Positions 47,808-56,251 of a stretch of 64,000 nt of DNA are shown one piece after another. The notes beneath the pieces are model-generated. The model did no database searches and was not told the DNA's origin. It worked only from the letters and a program-made list of their open reading frames with translations. The DNA is from an uncultured Actinomycetes bacterium (GTDB lineage: Bacteria; Actinomycetota; Actinomycetes; S36-B12; UBA10799), in NCBI GenBank assembly GCA_963842975.1, contig CAWJIH010000011.1:22046-86045 (forward strand), in the 5' to 3' direction. Positions within the stretch are counted from its first letter, which is position 1, and every line of letters starts with the position of its first letter. A program made the position numbers and the translations under genes.

Positions 47808-48779
47808 GTGTTCATCATCGAATGGATCGAGATCCCGGTCTCCTGGATCCTCTGGTTCTTCCACTCCCTGCTCTCCCCCATTTTCGGCCCCGGGGCGGGC
47901 ATCACCTGGGTGCTCTCGATCGTGGGCCTCGTGGTGGTTATCCGGATCCTCCTGATCCCGCTCTTCGTCAAGCAGATCAAGGCGCAGCGCAATATGCAGG
48001 TGCTGCAGCCGAAGATGAAGGAGATCCAGCAGAAGTACGCCGGGGATCGCGAACGGCAATCCCAGGAAATGATGAAGCTGTACAAGGAGACTGGGACCAA
48101 CCCGCTCTCCTCGTGTCTGCCCATCTTGTTGCAGGCACCGATCTTTTTCGCGCTCTTCCGGGTGCTGCAATACGGCATCGCCCAGGAGCAGGCAGTTGGT
48201 GCGCTGACGCAGGAACTGGTGACGCAGGCCCACGATGCCTCAGTCCTGGGCGTGCCGCTGTATGCCACGTTCATCAACGCGGACGAAACTCCCAGTCCAA
48301 TGGCGACCCGCATCTTGACCGTCGTGCTCATCGCCCTGATGAGTGCAACGACGTTCGCCACTCAGCGTCAGTTGCTGCTGAAGAACACCGCAGCGGACAA
48401 CCCGATGGCCCGTCAACTGAAGTTGATGTCGTACCTCTTCCCGCTGATCTTCGCTGTCAGTGGTGTGGCGTTCCCGATCGGTGTCCTCGTGTACTGGCTC
48501 ACCACGAACCTTTGGACCATGGGTCAGCAGTTCTGGGTGATCCGAAACAATCCGATGCCAGGCACGCCTGCCCATACTGCGTACCTTGAGCGGCAAGCTG
48601 CGAAGCAGGCGCGAAAGGCGGCCAAGTCTGGCCAGGCCATTGCTACCGCGGAGACAGCAGCGGCCGTCGAACTGACTGAATCAGAGGAGTCGAAGCCGAC
48701 TCCCAACCGAAACCAACCCAAACGCCAACCCCGGAAGAAGCGCTCCGGAGGCAAGGGCAACACCGGTCGAAAGAAATAG
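47808..48779 (+). CDS. yidC: membrane protein insertase YidC
   Basis: 323 aa, with LLIPLFVKQIKAQRNMQVLQPKMKEIQQKY and a basic C-terminal tail. Confidence 0.95.
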   Translation: MFIIEWIEIPVSWILWFFHSLLSPIFGPGAGITWVLSIVGLVVVIRILLIPLFVKQIKAQRNMQVLQPKMKEIQQKYAGDRERQSQEMMKLYKETGTNPLSSCLPILLQAPIFFALFRVLQYGIAQEQAVGALTQELVTQAHDASVLGVPLYATFINADETPSPMATRILTVVLIALMSATTFATQRQLLLKNTAADNPMARQLKLMSYLFPLIFAVSGVAFPIGVLVYWLTTNLWTMGQQFWVIRNNPMPGTPAHTAYLERQAAKQARKAAKSGQAIATAETAAAVELTESEESKPTPNRNQPKRQPRKKRSGGKGNTGRKK

Positions 48780-48786
48780 GTGACAC

Positions 48787-49263
48787 GTGGATACTGAGCA
48801 AATTAAGAATCTTGAGCGTGAGGGTGACGTTGCAGCTGACTACATAGAGGCACTGCTCGATATCGCGGATCTGGACGGAGACATCGACATGGATGTCGAT
48901 GGTTCACGTGCGGTGGTTGCCGTAGTGGGCGGTGACCTAGGCCAATTGGTGGGGGATGGCGGTCACGTCCTGGACGCACTGCAGGAGCTCACCCGGCTCG
49001 CTGTGATGCGTGAAACAGGGAATCGCTCCCGGCTCATGCTGGATGTCGACGGGTTCCGTGCACAGCGACGGGCCTATCTGACCGAACTGGGCACCGAGGC
49101 CTGTAGGAAGGCGACGGCGACTGGTGGGCCGGTCCGGTTGGAGCCGATGTCGGCGTTTGAACGAAAGGTTGTTCACGATGCAGTGGCTGCGGCTGGTTTG
49201 GTCAGCGAGTCTGAGGGCACCGAACCTGGACGTTTCGTTGTTGTGATCCCGTCCTCGGACTGA
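48787..49263 (+). CDS. jag: Jag/KhpB-like RNA-binding protein (KH + R3H domains)
   Basis: 158 aa. C-terminal R3H region (FERKVVHDAVAAAGLVSESEG). Conserved position after yidC. Confidence 0.85.
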   Translation: MDTEQIKNLEREGDVAADYIEALLDIADLDGDIDMDVDGSRAVVAVVGGDLGQLVGDGGHVLDALQELTRLAVMRETGNRSRLMLDVDGFRAQRRAYLTELGTEACRKATATGGPVRLEPMSAFERKVVHDAVAAAGLVSESEGTEPGRFVVVIPSSD

Positions 49264-49265
49264 TG

Positions 49266-49319
49266 CGTTGGTGTGCCTGGTGATGGTTTCACGTGAAACC
49301 ATCACCAGGCACACCAACG
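49266..49319. repeat. 52-54 bp perfect palindrome (no spacer)
   Basis: GTTGGTGTGCCTGGTGATGGTTTCAC | GTGAAACCATCACCAGGCACACCAAC at 49267-49318, extendable by one C:G pair on each side. Confidence 0.95.
49286..49299. promoter_or_regulatory. parS site 1 (GTTTCACGTGAAAC)
   Basis: Exact match to the 14-bp core of the canonical ParB-binding site, forming the centre of the palindrome. Confidence 0.85.
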
Positions 49320-49332
49320 TTTCACGTGAAAC
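49319..49332. promoter_or_regulatory. parS site 2 (GTTTCACGTGAAAC)
   Basis: Second exact copy, 33 bp centre-to-centre from site 1 and 40 nt upstream of rsmG. Confidence 0.85.
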
Positions 49333-49371
49333 ATCATCAAATCCACCGATGCGTACAGGAGGTGTCAAAAA

Positions 49372-50034
49372 ATGCGCGACCTGAATGTTGACCCGATCTG
49401 GATCGGATCGATGGACGAGAAGTTGCGCACGTACCACGACATCCTTGCGACCGACGGCGTTGAGCGAGGACTGATCGGCCCGCGGGAGGTACCACGGCTA
49501 TGGTCACGGCACCTCCGGAATTGTGTGGCAGTTGCCGATCCGTCGTTGGGATTAGTGCCGCTGAATTCCGCGGTGGTTGATGTCGGGGCAGGTGCCGGCC
49601 TTCCTGGCATCGTGTGGGCGATCGCGCGCCCGGATCTGAGCGTCACTTTGGTCGAACCACTCCAGCGGCGCAGCATCTTCCTACAAGAGGCCATCCGGCT
49701 GACGGGAGTTGGAGATCGTGTGGACGTTGTGACGGGCCGCTCGCAGGACATCGACCCGCTCGACGCCGAGGTGGTCACAAGTCGTGCGCTGGCTCCCCTG
49801 CCGACGGTAGTCGAATGGTCCCTGCCGCATCTCCGGGTCGGTGGACGGATGTTGGCCATCAAGGGCGGCAAAGCGGAGGCTGAACTCGAGGCGGCCCGAG
49901 CCAGTATTGCTCGATGTGGCGGTCAGGGCGGCGAAGTGATCCGAATCGGTCCAATAGGAACGGATGGGCACCCAATGGCAACTGTTGTCTCAGTTCGATC
50001 AGGACGACCTGGCGGGGTACAGCGTGGAAACTAG
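49372..50034 (+). CDS. rsmG: 16S rRNA (guanine527-N7)-methyltransferase RsmG/GidB
   Basis: SAM-binding VVDVGAGAGLPGIV. AGGAGG RBS upstream. Confidence 0.9.
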   Translation: MRDLNVDPIWIGSMDEKLRTYHDILATDGVERGLIGPREVPRLWSRHLRNCVAVADPSLGLVPLNSAVVDVGAGAGLPGIVWAIARPDLSVTLVEPLQRRSIFLQEAIRLTGVGDRVDVVTGRSQDIDPLDAEVVTSRALAPLPTVVEWSLPHLRVGGRMLAIKGGKAEAELEAARASIARCGGQGGEVIRIGPIGTDGHPMATVVSVRSGRPGGVQRGN

Positions 50035-50242
50035 CGACAAGCATCAAGACACCGGCGCAGGCCAAGGACTTGGCTGGCCAACTGCGAGCGAACCACAACC
50101 CTCCGCTCCGAGCGGCCAGCCTGACTCGCACACCGCTGGCGGCGCGACCCAAGAGGAGCTTGGGCAAGAGGCGGACACCGCAGGGTTGGGCTGGCCCCTT
50201 GGCGCCGGCGGAATGAATCCGAACCCGCGGATCTCGTCATGA
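50024..50242 (+). CDS. candidate 72-aa ORF, or displaced N-terminal extension of ParA
   Basis: GTG 50024 (ATG 49964 is an alternative), with TGA overlapping the parA ATG. Encodes VETSDKHQDTGAGQGLGWPTASEPQPSAPSGQPDSHTAGGATQEELGQEADTAGLGWPLGAGGMNPNPRISS with a duplicated GLGWP motif. GC3 is similar to neighbouring genes. Confidence 0.35.
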   Translation: METSDKHQDTGAGQGLGWPTASEPQPSAPSGQPDSHTAGGATQEELGQEADTAGLGWPLGAGGMNPNPRISS

Positions 50243-51024
50243 CTCGGATCGTTGCGGTCGCTAACCAGAAGGGCGGGGTTGGGAAGACCACATCGGCGGT
50301 GAACCTGGGTGCGGCTCTGGCCGAAGCCGGTTCCCGTGTCCTCGTGCTGGACCTCGACCCTCAGGGAAACGCCTCCACCGCGCTTGGCGTAGATCACCGA
50401 CTTGGGGTGGTCGGTACCTACGAAGTGCTGATCGATGGAACTCCGGTAGCGGACGCGGTCTACGCGTGTCCGGACCTTGAGGGCGTCGCAGTGATGCCGG
50501 CAACTATTGATCTAGCTGGGGCTGAGATCGAACTGGTCTCCACCGTTGCTCGTGAATACCGGCTCCAGCGGGCCTTGGAGACCTACATCGAGGCATCAGA
50601 GGATCCGCCGGATGTGGTCTTCATCGACTGTCCCCCGAGTCTGGGCCTACTCACCCTCAATGCTCTCGTTGCAGCAGGGGAGATCCTGATTCCGATCCAG
50701 TGCGAGTACTACGCACTGGAGGGTCTCGGTCAGTTACTCAAGACTGTCGAACTGGTGCGGGCCCACCTCAATCCCCAGGTTGAGGTGTCGGCGATCCTGC
50801 TCACCATGAGTGATGCCAGGACTCGACTGTCGGCGCAGGTAGCCGAAGAAGTGCGTGCCCATTTCGGAGACGCAGTACTCACCACGGCCATTCCCCGGGC
50901 AGTCAGGTTGTCGGAGGCCCCAAGCTACGGCCAAACTGCGCTTACCTACGATCCTTCATCAGTCGGCGCCGAGGCGTATCGGATGGCGGCGCGTGAGTTC
51001 ATGGAACGAACGCCTGTGGATTAG
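50239..51024 (+). CDS. parA: chromosome partitioning ATPase ParA (Soj)
   Basis: Deviant Walker A VANQKGGVGKTT; 261 aa. Confidence 0.95.
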   Translation: MTRIVAVANQKGGVGKTTSAVNLGAALAEAGSRVLVLDLDPQGNASTALGVDHRLGVVGTYEVLIDGTPVADAVYACPDLEGVAVMPATIDLAGAEIELVSTVAREYRLQRALETYIEASEDPPDVVFIDCPPSLGLLTLNALVAAGEILIPIQCEYYALEGLGQLLKTVELVRAHLNPQVEVSAILLTMSDARTRLSAQVAEEVRAHFGDAVLTTAIPRAVRLSEAPSYGQTALTYDPSSVGAEAYRMAAREFMERTPVD

Positions 51025-51166
51025 TTGTGGAAAACGGTGATCAACCCTGATATGAAACCGTTATCGCCTCAGCTAGAACAGCCGTTACCTCCTGGTTATC
51101 CCCAGTCTGGCGAGCCTACTTCGCTCTTCTGTTGTCCGGCCGCATGATTAAGCCAAGGAGGAACTG

Positions 51167-52162
51167 ATGAGTAGACCTGCACCAGGCCTGGGCCGTGGAC
51201 TCGGAGCCTTGATTCCCACTGCACCTGCGCCAGAGACGGCGCAGCGCGGCGACTCACTGCTGCACCCAGAGGGATCGGAGCCGTCGTCCGACGTTGTCGT
51301 GGATATGCGCGACAGAGTGCGTCGCAACGGCAACTCCCCTGGTGATCTTGCAATGGTTCCTGGCTTGGAACTAAGGGAAGTCAAAGTCTCGAGTATCGAG
51401 CCAAATCCGCGCCAGCCACGAACAGTCTTCGATCCTGAGGCGATAGAGGAACTCGCAGCATCTGTTGCCGAAGTCGGGTTCCTCCAGCCAATAGTGGTGC
51501 GGAGATCGCCGAACGGGTACGAAGTTGTGGCCGGCGAACGACGTCTCCGTGCGGCTCAGCACGCCGGACTCACGACCATCCCGGCTTTGGTCCGCGAAAC
51601 CGCGGATGACGATCTTCTTCGAGACGCCCTGTTGGAGAACCTTCATCGAGTTCAACTCAATCCCTTGGAAGAGGCAGCCGCCTACCAGCAGTTGCTCGAG
51701 GACTTCGGGTGTACACAGGACGAGCTGGCCACCCGAGTCGGCAAATCGCGACCGGCAGTCACCAACTCCATTCGGCTGCTACGGCTTCCGTCAGGAGTGC
51801 AACGCCGGGTCGCCGCTGGCGTCTTGAGCGCTGGCCATGCGCGTGCCCTTGTGGGTTTGGAGGACTCTGAACGTATTGAATCTTTGGCTACGAGAGTGGT
51901 TGCTGAAGGTATGAGTGTGAGGGCGCTGGAGGAACTCATCGCGCTCGGCCAGGACGACAATTCCGGACGAAAACGTCGACGGAGTCGCAAAAGTGTGTCG
52001 CCGCACCTGGCGGTCGAAGAGGATCTGGCGAATCGACTGGACACAAAAGTGAAGATCACCGGGACCCCCCGGCGAGGCAAGATTGCCATCGAATACGGGT
52101 CACCTGAAGACTTTGAACGGATCATGGCCGCGATCAAGGATCCTAGTACTTGGAGTGCCTAG
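51167..52162 (+). CDS. parB: chromosome partitioning protein ParB (Spo0J)
   Basis: GLGRGLGALIP N-terminus, the ParB box (EPNPRQPR, GERRLRAA) and HTH. Confidence 0.95.
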   Translation: MSRPAPGLGRGLGALIPTAPAPETAQRGDSLLHPEGSEPSSDVVVDMRDRVRRNGNSPGDLAMVPGLELREVKVSSIEPNPRQPRTVFDPEAIEELAASVAEVGFLQPIVVRRSPNGYEVVAGERRLRAAQHAGLTTIPALVRETADDDLLRDALLENLHRVQLNPLEEAAAYQQLLEDFGCTQDELATRVGKSRPAVTNSIRLLRLPSGVQRRVAAGVLSAGHARALVGLEDSERIESLATRVVAEGMSVRALEELIALGQDDNSGRKRRRSRKSVSPHLAVEEDLANRLDTKVKITGTPRRGKIAIEYGSPEDFERIMAAIKDPSTWSA

Positions 52163-52281
52163 ACCGAAGTAGATTGAGCAGCGACCTGGTCCGTAAACGA
52201 GCGAAGGACACCTGGTGAATAGAGTCTGGAAGTATCTCGCAGCGATCGCAGTCGGGCTGGGTGTCGGCTTCCTACTGGCCC

Positions 52282-53385
52282 TTATTCTTCCGAGTCGGAG
52301 TCAGAACTAGGCGAGAAGAAACCCACGGCCGCGGCGGCGACTGCTTCAGCCAGGGTGTCGCGAAACCGCGGTTGCGACAGTCGCGCCGCGTCACGAGTGT
52401 GGGTGAGGTAACCCACCTCGACACGGACGGCTGGCATCTGTGTGGTTCGTAGCACGTCCCAGGTCTTTTGGTGGCTCCGGCAGTCCGCCAGGTCTGTTCG
52501 AGCCACAATCTCGGCGATCACCAAGTCGGCAAAACTTCGACCTAGTTCCGACTCGTTATGCGTGCTGCCAAAGTAGTAGGCGGCGACACCATGTGGACGA
52601 CCCGATGGGCTGCCATCGGCATGCAGCGAAATCATGAGGTCGGCAGCCACCTCGTTGGCGATCCGGGCGCGGTCAGCTTCGGAAACGGTGTTGTGCAGGA
52701 ATCGGCTTGGCGGCCTCGTGAGGAGCACCTGTGTACCGATCGCTGCGAGCCGACCTTCAACGCGGCGAGCGAGATCGTCAGCAATCACGGCTTCGCTCAG
52801 ACCGTGGCCCTCCACACCTGGATCTGGACCGCCATGGCCGGGATCGAGGACGATCACTTTGTCCGCAATGCCAGTGCGATTCGAGGCATGTGCGTGCTCA
52901 TCCCACAATCGCTCGGGCCGACCCCCCCGAACCGCCCGGGCCAGTCGACGCAGGGCCACCACAGTGTTCCAGCCGCACGTCCCATCCGTGGGCATGCCCA
53001 CGTTCCGCTGAAACTCGCGCAAAGCTGCATCGGTCTTCGTACCGAAGATGCCGTCCACGCGGCCCAGGGTGAAACCAAGGTCGGACAACCGTCGCTGGAG
53101 GTCTTGGACATCATCCCCGGAGTGAGGATGGGCGGCCGAAAACCACAGCACACGGTCCCCTAGTGACCACCGAGCTTCCTCAAGGTGGCGAAAGGTGGTG
53201 GGCCCGATGACCCCGTCCACGCTGATTCGCCGCTCCTGCTGGAAGGCCCGGACGGCCCGGTCCGACTCCGCGTCGAAATCAAAGCCCCCGGATCCGGCGG
53301 GCAGGTATCCCAAACGCACAAGGCGGGAACGTACTTCGGCAACGATGGGACCGGTGTCTCCCAGCGCCACCCGAACATCCATCAC
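52282..53385 (-). CDS. cwlM: CwlM-like N-acetylmuramoyl-L-alanine amidase (two PG-binding repeats + Amidase_3 domain)
   Basis: Two peptidoglycan-binding repeats (VRAFQQERRISVDGVIGPTT; LREFQRNVGMPTDGTCG), then an amidase_3 domain (VIVLDPGHGGPDPG). ATG 53382 is an alternative start. Confidence 0.85.
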   Translation of the reverse strand: MMDVRVALGDTGPIVAEVRSRLVRLGYLPAGSGGFDFDAESDRAVRAFQQERRISVDGVIGPTTFRHLEEARWSLGDRVLWFSAAHPHSGDDVQDLQRRLSDLGFTLGRVDGIFGTKTDAALREFQRNVGMPTDGTCGWNTVVALRRLARAVRGGRPERLWDEHAHASNRTGIADKVIVLDPGHGGPDPGVEGHGLSEAVIADDLARRVEGRLAAIGTQVLLTRPPSRFLHNTVSEADRARIANEVAADLMISLHADGSPSGRPHGVAAYYFGSTHNESELGRSFADLVIAEIVARTDLADCRSHQKTWDVLRTTQMPAVRVEVGYLTHTRDAARLSQPRFRDTLAEAVAAAAVGFFSPSSDSDSEE

Positions 53386-53404
53386 TGGGCTGCGTGGGTA
53401 CTAG

Positions 53405-53728
53405 TCAGGACAGGTACTCGGCAAGGTCGCGAAGCAGTGCCTGCTTGGGCTTCGCGCCGATGATTTGCTTGACCAGTGCTCCACCGGAGTAGACGTTGAG
53501 AGTGGGGATGCTGGTGATTCCTTGGCCAGCAGCGATTACCGGGCTCTCGTCGACGTTCAGCTTCGCCACGACCAGCGAGTCGTGCTCCGCTGCGATCTCT
53601 TCAAGAATCGGAGCAACTTGTTTACACGGTCCGCACCAAGCCGCCCAGAAGTCGACAAGTACCGGCTTGTCCGAGTTCAGGACCTTCTCATCGAAGTCCA
53701 TGTCAGTCACTGTGATGGTGTTGGTCAT
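53405..53728 (-). CDS. trxA: thioredoxin
   Basis: The ORF track extends to 53818, but ATG 53728 with a GAGGAG RBS gives MTNTITVTDMDFDEKV...WAAWCGPCK. Confidence 0.95.
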   Translation of the reverse strand: MTNTITVTDMDFDEKVLNSDKPVLVDFWAAWCGPCKQVAPILEEIAAEHDSLVVAKLNVDESPVIAAGQGITSIPTLNVYSGGALVKQIIGAKPKQALLRDLAEYLS

Positions 53729-53769
53729 GCGAAACTCCTCAGGAATGTTGGTGGTTGTTAGGTTACGGG

Positions 53770-54705
53770 TTACTCGTGATCGGCCAACCAGCGCTCCGCG
53801 TCCAGCGCCGCGGAACAACCCGTACCAGCAGCGGTGATTGCCTGACGGTAGGTGTGGTCGACCACGTCGCCGCAGGCGAACACGCCGGCGACGCTCGTCG
53901 CCGTCGAACCGGGTGTGGTGATGACGTACCCCTCATCGTCCACCTCAATCTGACCGGTGAAGAGTTCAGAACGGGGATCGTGGCCGATTGCGATGAAAAG
54001 CCCGGTCGCCGGCAGTGTCGTCTTTTCGCCGGTCTTTCGGTTCTCCAAAACCACGCCGGTCAGCTTCTCGTCACCGAGTATCTCGCTGACGACGGAGTCC
54101 CAGGCCACCTCGATCTTGGGATTGTCCAGGGCGCGAGCAACCATGACCTTGCTTGCCCGGAACTCGTCGCGCCGGTGCACGATGGTCACCTTTGAGGCGA
54201 ACCGGGTGAGGAAGGTCGCCTCTTCCATCGCCGAGTCGCCACCCCCCACAACGATGATTTCCTGGTCTCGGAAGAAGAAGCCATCACACGTGGCACACCA
54301 GGAAACACCGTGGCCGGAGAGGCGTTTTTCGTTCTCCAGGCCAAGCTCACGATAGCCCGAACCGGTCGCGATGATGATGGACTTGGCGTGGTGTTCGTCA
54401 CCGGATCCGTCGACCACTCGTTTGACCTCCCCGCTGAGGTCCACCGAGGTTACGTCGTCGACGATGAATTCGGTGCCGAATCGCTCCGCTTGGGCGCGCA
54501 TGTTCATCATCAACTCGGGACCCATGATGCCCTCGGGGAATCCCGGGAAGTTTTCGACTTCGGTGGTGTTCATCAGCGCACCGCCAGCAGTCACCGCACC
54601 TTCGAACATCAGCGGCTGGAGTTGGGCTCGGGCGGCATAGACCGCGGCGGTGTAGCCAGCCGGGCCGGAGCCAATGATGATCACTTCACGGATGTCGGGG
54701 GCCAT
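53770..54705 (-). CDS. trxB: thioredoxin-disulfide reductase
   Basis: Start at ATG 54705 ([21 protein letters not shown]). Redox-active CATCDG. Confidence 0.95.
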   Translation of the reverse strand: MAPDIREVIIIGSGPAGYTAAVYAARAQLQPLMFEGAVTAGGALMNTTEVENFPGFPEGIMGPELMMNMRAQAERFGTEFIVDDVTSVDLSGEVKRVVDGSGDEHHAKSIIIATGSGYRELGLENEKRLSGHGVSWCATCDGFFFRDQEIIVVGGGDSAMEEATFLTRFASKVTIVHRRDEFRASKVMVARALDNPKIEVAWDSVVSEILGDEKLTGVVLENRKTGEKTTLPATGLFIAIGHDPRSELFTGQIEVDDEGYVITTPGSTATSVAGVFACGDVVDHTYRQAITAAGTGCSAALDAERWLADHE

Positions 54706-54767
54706 ACAGATGTGCTCCTTGAATGGGGCGTTGGATACCAGTGATGCCAACGATCCTAGTGGGAGCA

Positions 54768-55580
54768 CTATTCCTGACGGGTGACCTCTCGTGCCGCCAT
54801 GTCGGCAACGTCACGATGCCGCACCTGTGGGTCCGTTTTGCTGCACCGAACTCCGACCACCACAACATCGGCGGTGCCGTCGTCGGCATCCGTGAGGTAG
54901 GCCAACACCGCGACAGGGGAGTCCTGGAATCGAGCGATGTCGAGCAGTGCAAGGTCTTGCGGGGGGAAACCGATTCCAGCCAAACACGAATCAATCCCCG
55001 CGGGAGTAGCTGCGAAAGTGGCACGCAACACCTCTGGCGACGCCACACCGGTGGCCGACTCCATCACTTGCGGGACTCGCAGCCGAACATTTTGGGCGGT
55101 GTACGTCGAACCCGAACTCACAGGCACCACCTTCACTGCATCGGCGGCGAAACTGTCAGGCGTCTGCTGTTCGGGCTGCACCACGGAACTTGCTTCCGCT
55201 GTGATGTTCCCGGGTTGGGAGCCGTCAGGCAAAGCGGAAAGTGCCAGCGCGACGCCGATCCCGGTCGCGGCCACCCCACCGGCAGCCCACCACCAGCGGC
55301 GATTGCTCGTCGCTTGGGAAGCCTCGGCGGCGCTGTCAGGGGTTACAGGGGTTCCGGGTGCACTGGCCGAAAGGTGGGTGACTTCACTGATGTTGCCACC
55401 GGTTCGCGCGCGTGATTCGTCGGCCAACGCAGACAGCACCCGTTGCGAAACATCGTCCGGGATCGACGCTTCCGGCAAACGACCGAGCAGTTGCCGCACC
55501 CATTCGTCGTCTCGATTCGCCTCGGCAGTAGCCGAACCGTCGTCGGACAAGCCAATTCGCGGGATCTCTTCATCGTTCAT
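54768..55580 (-). CDS. anti-sigma factor (anti-SigM, Rv3912-like)
   Basis: ATGA overlap with the ECF sigma gene. Cytoplasmic N-terminal segment, a single TM helix ([22 protein letters not shown]) and an extracytoplasmic domain. Confidence 0.65.
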   Translation of the reverse strand: MNDEEIPRIGLSDDGSATAEANRDDEWVRQLLGRLPEASIPDDVSQRVLSALADESRARTGGNISEVTHLSASAPGTPVTPDSAAEASQATSNRRWWWAAGGVAATGIGVALALSALPDGSQPGNITAEASSVVQPEQQTPDSFAADAVKVVPVSSGSTYTAQNVRLRVPQVMESATGVASPEVLRATFAATPAGIDSCLAGIGFPPQDLALLDIARFQDSPVAVLAYLTDADDGTADVVVVGVRCSKTDPQVRHRDVADMAAREVTRQE

Positions 55581-56251
55581 GGATTCTTCTCACCTCCCGG
55601 ATTCGGAGTGCCCGCGCTGGTCGCTGCGGCAGATTCGCCAGGTTGGTCCGGAGCGGCCGCCGGAGGTGTGACGCTCGGCTGGGCTTGTGGGTTCCTTGGG
55701 CGGTAGTCGGCCAACTGCACCGCCAGTTTGGCTCGGCCCCGAGCACATCGGCTCTTCACAGTGCCGGACGGAATCGCAAGGATTTCGGCTGCCTGATCCA
55801 CCCGGTAGCCCTGCACGTCCACGAGCACGATCGCAGCTCGTTGGTCGATCGGCAGGGTCGCCAGCGCCCGAGACAATTCGACGGCCAGTTCGGAAGCAGC
55901 AATCGCATCCCGTGGATCGGCCAGGGTTTCTGGACCGTTCTGTGGATCGGACCCGGGCAGTGGAACTGTCGGTCGCGCCCGGCGTCTGCGCATCCGATCC
56001 AGGCACGCATTCACGACCACGCGATGCAACCAGGTGGTCACAGCGGCTTCGCCGCGGTAGGACGACGCGCTGCGGAAGGCGGAAATCATGGCGTCTTGCA
56101 GCGCGTCGGACGCTTCCTCAGGATCCGATGTGGTGCGCAAGGCCACCGCCCACAGCCGGTCGCGGTGGCGCCGGAAGAGCTCGGCGAAGGCGTCCGGGTC
56201 ACCGGCGACGTGGGCCGACATGAGCTCCGAGTCGGTGATGTCATTGGGCAC
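55577..56251 (-). CDS. sigM: ECF sigma factor SigM
   Basis: SELMSAHVAGDPDAFAELFRRHRDRLWAVALR...TWLHRVVVNACLDRMRRR, plus region 4 (GTVKSRCARGRAKL). GTG 56251 has a GGAGGA RBS 8 nt upstream. ATG 56275 and ATG 56221 are alternatives. Confidence 0.85.
   Translation of the reverse strand: MPNDITDSELMSAHVAGDPDAFAELFRRHRDRLWAVALRTTSDPEEASDALQDAMISAFRSASSYRGEAAVTTWLHRVVVNACLDRMRRRRARPTVPLPGSDPQNGPETLADPRDAIAASELAVELSRALATLPIDQRAAIVLVDVQGYRVDQAAEILAIPSGTVKSRCARGRAKLAVQLADYRPRNPQAQPSVTPPAAAPDQPGESAAATSAGTPNPGGEKNP

Noticed and set aside
51096-51104. DnaA-box-like TTATCCCCA (and TGTGGAAAA near 51028) in the parA-parB spacer.
   Set aside because: These are single mismatched boxes without clustering, and cannot be distinguished from chance.
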